The translations under genes were made by a program, and so were the position numbers. The notes under the pieces are model-generated. The model had not been told where the DNA came from, did not search any database, and saw only the letters and a program-made list of their open reading frames with translations. Below, piece by piece: positions 59,034-64,000 of a stretch of DNA of 64,000 bases (its first letter is position 1; every line of letters begins with the position of its first letter). Source of the stretch: Acidobacteriota bacterium (lineage in GTDB: Bacteria > Acidobacteriota > Thermoanaerobaculia > Gp7-AA8); NCBI GenBank assembly GCA_019244185.1, contig JAFATB010000020.1, positions 64,001 through 128,000 of the forward strand, written 5' to 3'.

Positions 59034-60168
59034 CCGATCGCCTCCACCACGCGCTGCAACTCCCCGATGTCGACCGCGACGTCCTGAATGCGCGGCTGCA
59101 GCGGCGCGCCCGCGCGCGGACGCGCGTCGACGAGCCAGTAGTGATGTCCGAGCGCCGCGGCGAGCGCGTAGAACTGCGGGTTCGGAAACGTGACGTCGCT
59201 CAGCTCGACGACCTGCAAGCCGTCACGCGCGAAGAGCATGTTCGCGAGCCCCGCACCGTGCAGCGCCACGACCACCGCCGCCTCGCGCAGCAACGCGATC
59301 TGTTCCGCGAACGACAGCGTCTCCATCCGCACGCGTTCGTAGCCGCGTGGCTGGAGCAACGCCCACACCGCGTCTTCGTTGATGAGCCGCCGGCGCTCGG
59401 CATCCCGCCTGCTGATGAACAGCTTGCGGCGGCGCGGCGTCGCATCGTCATCACCGATGATCCGCGCGCGCAGCTCGCGCAGCAGTGACGGCCGATAGCT
59501 GTCGATACCGGTGACGACCAGCTCGTCGACATGCATCGCCGGCGCGAGCGGAATCGCGTCGTCGACGCCGAGGAGCCGCGTCGACGCGCCGACGACCCCG
59601 CCGATCTCCGACGGCTCCGGGAGCACGAGGGGCGCGTCCACACCGACGCGCTGCAGCAGCGCGATCTTCGTGAGATGCCACTGCAGCCAGTGCGCGTAGT
59701 TGCGATCCCACGCCTCGAGAATCCACGCCGCGCGCGGGACGTGCACCGGCGTCGCGGCGAGCATCGGCGCGTGAAAGCGCCGTTGGAAGCCGGTGCCGCG
59801 CACATCGACGTTTTCGCCGTTCGCGGTCACGATCGCGTATGCCGGTCGTTCCATTCGTTCACCGCGCTCAGCACGCGCACATCGCGCAGCGTGGCGATGA
59901 ACGTCTCGTCGACGCGTCGCCGCGGCACGTCGTAAAACGAGAACCCCGCGATCGACGCGTTGCGGCTCAGCGACTCGCGCGTCGCCACATTGCACGGCAG
60001 CGCGGCCGTGCTCTCCGACGGCGGATCGATCTGCCGGTACGCAAAGTCCCGCGGATCGCGCGACGGCAGAAAGCGATACCCGACGCGCGCCGGCGCAACG
60101 CCGAAGCGGGTCACGAGCTCGCGGCTGATGCGGTTGGCCACGCGCTCCGGCGTCAGCCGTCCGCGCAC
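59030..60168 (-). pseudogene. Glycosyltransferase family 61, frameshifted near 59840
   Basis: NYAHW, LFISR.DA..RRLINE, LSFAEQI, HGAGLAN; the N-terminal third is in another frame (ORF 59827..60168). Confidence 0.8.
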
Positions 60169-60575
60169 GCGTCTCTCCAGCGCGCGAACGCCGCCATCAC
60201 GTCCTCATGCCCGCGCAGCGGCTTGCGCGTCTCGCGATCGAGCCAGACGTGCGCGGAGAAGCCGGTCGCGTGCAGCACCTCGCTCGCATCGAACAGCTCG
60301 TACGCGAACGTCATCGCCCGGCTGCCGAGCTCCCCGATCGACGTGCGGATCACGACCTCGTCGTCGTAGCGGAACGGCACGCGGTACTTGCAGCCGATCT
60401 CCGTCACCACGAGCAGCACGCCGCGCGCCTCGATGTCCGCGTACGCGAACCCCGCGGCGCGGCAGAGATCCGTCCGGCCGATCTCGAACCAGACCGGATA
60501 GTTCGCGTGATGCGCGATGCCCATCTGATCCGTCTCTTTGTACCGCACGCGCACGCGCGAGGTGACGCTCCGCAC
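60153..60575 (-). CDS. Acyl-CoA thioesterase (YbgC/FadM hotdog family)
   Basis: VRYKETDQMGIAHHANY..WFE.GR. Confidence 0.92.
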   Translation of the reverse strand: MRSVTSRVRVRYKETDQMGIAHHANYPVWFEIGRTDLCRAAGFAYADIEARGVLLVVTEIGCKYRVPFRYDDEVVIRTSIGELGSRAMTFAYELFDASEVLHATGFSAHVWLDRETRKPLRGHEDVMAAFARWRDACADG

Positions 60576-60690
60576 GCCGCGAATCTAGCACGGCAGAACT
60601 CTTGCTCCAGGCGTATCCTTGATGCGGGACGTCACGATGGCAGGACGGAAACATGCCGCCCGATCCGGCGGACGAATCGTCGATGCGCTG

Positions 60691-61620
60691 ATGATGCCGC
60701 TCCTCCTCGGCGGTGCCGCCATCGCTGCCGCCGACATCGGCCGCCGCATCTACCGCCACACGCAGCTCTTCTGCCCGTCGCGCGAGCCGGCCATCAGCTG
60801 GAGCCCCGCCGACTACGGCATCCCCGAAGGCGCCGTCGAAGAACATTGGATCGATACGCCGGACGGCGAACAGCTGCACGCGTGGTATTGCCGCGCCGAA
60901 CGTCCCGTCGCCAGCGGCGTCTTCTGCCACGGCAACACCGGCAACCTCACCACGAGCGCCGACGTCATTCCGCATCTCCTCGAGGCGGGCTTCAACGTCC
61001 TCTTCTTCGACTACCGCGGCTTCGGCCGCAGCACCGGCCACGCGAGCTTCCGCGGCGTCGTCGCCGACGGCGTCACCGCCGCGCGCTTCCACGACACGAT
61101 TCGCCCGAAAGAGCTGCCGTCCGTTCTCTACGGCTACTCGCTCGGCGGCGCGATCGCCGCGCAGGTGCTGCGCCGCCATCCGTTCGACGCGCTCATCCTT
61201 CAGTCGACGTTCACGAACCTGCCGCAGCTCACGCGCTTCCTCTTCCCGCGCATCCCGCTGCATCTCCTCGCCGGCCGCGACGTCTTCGACACGCTGCGCG
61301 TCATGCGCGAGCTGCGCGTGCCGCTGCTCGTGCTGCACGGCACGCACGACGAGGTCTGCCCGTGCTGGATGGCGCACCGCCTCCACGACGCCGCGCCCGG
61401 GCCGAAGCGCATCTTCGCCATCGAAGGCGGGCTGCACAAAGACCTCTTCCACCGCGATCCCGACACGCTCATCTGGGCCATCTCGCAGTTCATCGCCGAG
61501 CTGCCGCACACGCATCCGACGCTCGCGCTCGAAGGGCCGCCGCTGCTCGAACATTGGCTCGACTCGCTGCTGCGCGGCGCCCGCAAACTGCTGCGGCGCA
61601 AGCTGCCGCAACATGCGTGA
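60691..61620 (+). CDS. Alpha/beta hydrolase
   Basis: HGNTGN, DYRGFGRS, GYSLGG, HGTHDE, H in GGLH; start uncertain. Confidence 0.9.
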   Translation: MMPLLLGGAAIAAADIGRRIYRHTQLFCPSREPAISWSPADYGIPEGAVEEHWIDTPDGEQLHAWYCRAERPVASGVFCHGNTGNLTTSADVIPHLLEAGFNVLFFDYRGFGRSTGHASFRGVVADGVTAARFHDTIRPKELPSVLYGYSLGGAIAAQVLRRHPFDALILQSTFTNLPQLTRFLFPRIPLHLLAGRDVFDTLRVMRELRVPLLVLHGTHDEVCPCWMAHRLHDAAPGPKRIFAIEGGLHKDLFHRDPDTLIWAISQFIAELPHTHPTLALEGPPLLEHWLDSLLRGARKLLRRKLPQHA

Positions 61621-61638
61621 TACAGTCGCGCGCCGCGC

Positions 61639-62760
61639 ATGAAGGCCGTCGTCAAGTCCGCTCCGCTCGATGGTCCCGAAGGCACCGCCGTCCGCGACTG
61701 CCCCGTCCCGAAACCGGGCCGCGGCGAGGTGCTGATCCGCGTCGCCGGCGCGGCGATCTGCGGGACCGACAAGCACATCTACCACTGGGATCCGTCGATC
61801 CGTGATTCGGTGCAGCCGCCGCGTATCTACGGCCACGAATTCTGTGGCTTCGTCGAGGCGCTCGGCGACGGCGCGGAGCGCGCGCATGAAGGGCGGCTCG
61901 CCGCCGGCGACTACGTCTCCGCGGAGATGCACGTCATTTGCGGCGAATGCGCGCAGTGCCGCAGCGGCAACGGCCACATCTGCGTGCGCACGAAGATCTA
62001 CGGCCTGCACGAGGACGGCGCGTTCGCCGAGTTCGTGAAAGTGCCCGCCGAGAACGTGATCAAGCTCCCCTCCTTCGTGCCGCCGCGCGTCGGCGCGTTC
62101 CTCGACGCCCTCGGCAACGCCGTGCACACCACGCAGATCGTCGACCTCGCGGGGAAAGCCGTCGCCATCACCGGCTTCGGTCCGATCGGCGCGATGTCGG
62201 CGGCGATTGCGGAGCACAGCGGCGCGACGACCGTCGTCGTCACCGACGTCAGCGATCACGCGCTCGAGACCGCTCGCCGCTGGGCTGCCGCGTGCAACTT
62301 CGGGAACCTGCACACCTTCAACGTGCGCACGACGCCGGCCGCCGAGGTGAAGAAAGCGATCGACGCGATCACGGACGGCGTCGGCGTCGACGTCGTCTGC
62401 GAGATGTCCGGCTCCTCCGCCGCGATCAACTTCGGCCTCGACATCGTGCGCATGGGCGGCACGCTCTCGCTCCTCGGATTGCCCGCAGGCCACTCCGTCA
62501 CCATCGACGACTACACGCGCAACGTGATCTTCAAAGGCGTCACGATGCACGGCATCATCGGACGGCGCATGTACTCGACGTGGCAGCGGATGCTCTCGCT
62601 GCTGCGCGGCGGCCTCGACGTCGAATGGATCGTGCAGCAGACGTACGACACGCTCGACGCGTTCCACGACGGCCTCGCGAAGTTCGATCGCCACGAGGCG
62701 CTGAAAGTCGTCTTCTTCCCCGAGGGCGAGGCCGCCGCGAAAGCGCGCCTCGGCAAGTAG
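61639..62760 (+). CDS. tdh: L-threonine 3-dehydrogenase (Zn-binding MDR)
   Basis: ICGTDKHIYHWD, GHEF, VSAE.H..CGEC.QC, GNAVHT, EMSG, GI.GRRM..TW. Confidence 0.9.
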   Translation: MKAVVKSAPLDGPEGTAVRDCPVPKPGRGEVLIRVAGAAICGTDKHIYHWDPSIRDSVQPPRIYGHEFCGFVEALGDGAERAHEGRLAAGDYVSAEMHVICGECAQCRSGNGHICVRTKIYGLHEDGAFAEFVKVPAENVIKLPSFVPPRVGAFLDALGNAVHTTQIVDLAGKAVAITGFGPIGAMSAAIAEHSGATTVVVTDVSDHALETARRWAAACNFGNLHTFNVRTTPAAEVKKAIDAITDGVGVDVVCEMSGSSAAINFGLDIVRMGGTLSLLGLPAGHSVTIDDYTRNVIFKGVTMHGIIGRRMYSTWQRMLSLLRGGLDVEWIVQQTYDTLDAFHDGLAKFDRHEALKVVFFPEGEAAAKARLGK

Positions 62761-63926
62761 TGCAGCGCATCGGCATCCTCACCGGCGGCGGCGACGTCCC
62801 CGGTCTCAACGCTGCGATCAAAGCATTCGTCTGGCGGATGACGGACGATCCGTGCGATTGCGAGATCATCGGCCTGCGCCGCGGCTGGACATCGCTCATC
62901 AACATCGTCCCCGAGGCGGGCGTCGATAACTCGGCGTGGATGCTGCCGCTGACGCGCGTCCGCACCCGCGCGATCGATCGCACCGGCGGAACCATCCTGC
63001 ATACGTCGCGCATCAATCCGTCGATCCTCAAGCCGGAGCACATCCCGCCGCATCTCGAAAGCCAGAAAGGCGCGCCCGACGATCGCGGACGCTACGACCT
63101 CACCAAGGCCGCGCTGCGCGCGATCGAGTTCCTGCGTCTCGACTGTCTCGTCGCGCTCGGCGGCGACGGCACGCTCACGTTCGCGCGCCGCCTGCACGAC
63201 GAGGGCGTGCCGATGCTGGCCATCCCGAAGACGATGGACAACGACGTCTTCGGCACCGACTACTGCCTCGGCTTCTCCACCGCGGTCACGCGCTCGGTGA
63301 TGTTCATCAACGACCTGCGCACGAGCGCCGGCTCGCACGAGCGCTTCCTCGTCGTCGAGCTCTTCGGCCGCAACTCCGGCGAGACGTGCCTGCTCGCCGC
63401 GTATCTCTCCGGCGTCGATCGCGCGCTCATCGCCGAGGTGCCGTTCGATCCCGACGTCGTCTACGAGATGCTCGCGCGCGACAAGGCGGACAACCCGAGC
63501 AACTACGCGGTCGTGGCGATCTCGGAAGGCGCGCAGACGATGGCCGGCACGCGCGTCGAAAGCGGCGAAGCCGACGCCGCCGGCCAGCGCAAGCTCGGCG
63601 GCATCGGCGGCGTGCTCGCCGAACATCTCGAACAGCGCGGCCGCGACAAAGTGATCTACCAGCGCCTCGCGTATCTCATGCGCAGCGGCGCGCCCGACTC
63701 GCTCGACCTCATCGTCGCCAACAACTACGGCTCCCTCGCCGCGGACCTGCTGCGCCGCGAGGAATCAGGACGCATGGTCGCCGTCGTCGACGGCCGCTAC
63801 ACCGCCGTCCCGATCTGGGTCAGCGGCCAGGGCCGCAAACGCGTCGACATCCGCCGCTTCTACGACGCCGAGGAGTACCGGCCGAAGGTCGCGGAAGTGA
63901 TGGGCATGCCGATGTTCCTGCACTGA
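62760..63926 (+). CDS. pfkA: 6-phosphofructokinase (PfkA family)
   Basis: GILTGGGDVPGLN, GGTIL.TSR, GGDGT, PKTMDND, ELFGR; TAGTG overlap with tdh. Confidence 0.93.
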   Translation: MQRIGILTGGGDVPGLNAAIKAFVWRMTDDPCDCEIIGLRRGWTSLINIVPEAGVDNSAWMLPLTRVRTRAIDRTGGTILHTSRINPSILKPEHIPPHLESQKGAPDDRGRYDLTKAALRAIEFLRLDCLVALGGDGTLTFARRLHDEGVPMLAIPKTMDNDVFGTDYCLGFSTAVTRSVMFINDLRTSAGSHERFLVVELFGRNSGETCLLAAYLSGVDRALIAEVPFDPDVVYEMLARDKADNPSNYAVVAISEGAQTMAGTRVESGEADAAGQRKLGGIGGVLAEHLEQRGRDKVIYQRLAYLMRSGAPDSLDLIVANNYGSLAADLLRREESGRMVAVVDGRYTAVPIWVSGQGRKRVDIRRFYDAEEYRPKVAEVMGMPMFLH

Positions 63927-64000
63927 CGTGCGGCGTCAATGCCGCACAGACCTGCGATGCGGCCCGGTTACCGACGGCGGGTCGTCGGCCAGTCGATAGA

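Overview
A high-GC bacterial chromosomal segment. The gene content and protein styles suggest Acidobacteriota, possibly Thermoanaerobaculia; this is inference. Most of it is housekeeping: E2 acyltransferase-lipB-lipA with an Fe-S module, hemB, tRNA-Met, tilS-hpt-ftsH, ansA, radA, lemA/TPM/folK, ctpA, tatA/B-tatC, a PPIase, aspartate aminotransferase, rsmI, pgsA, tRNA-Leu, tdh and pfkA. The most striking locus is a self-contained signalling module at about 43.3-51.3 kb. An NtrC-type enhancer-binding protein is followed by tandem dyad sites and a consensus sigma-54 promoter. These precede an operon of an unknown helical protein, three Roadblock/LC7-like proteins, an MglA-type small GTPase with a long C-terminal extension, a PATAN/DUF4388-like protein and a stand-alone receiver, closed by a convergent PAS histidine kinase. 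Other notable items: a LipB-Nudix fusion, an HPRT homolog missing its catalytic residues, an ECF sigma gene cut by a nested palindrome, a DUF4157 effector-like gene beside tRNA-Leu, a decayed duplicate of a YHS gene 3' end, and several homopolymer frameshifts that may be assembly errors. No CRISPR array, transposase or integrase was seen. All family calls come from motifs read by eye, not from database searches.
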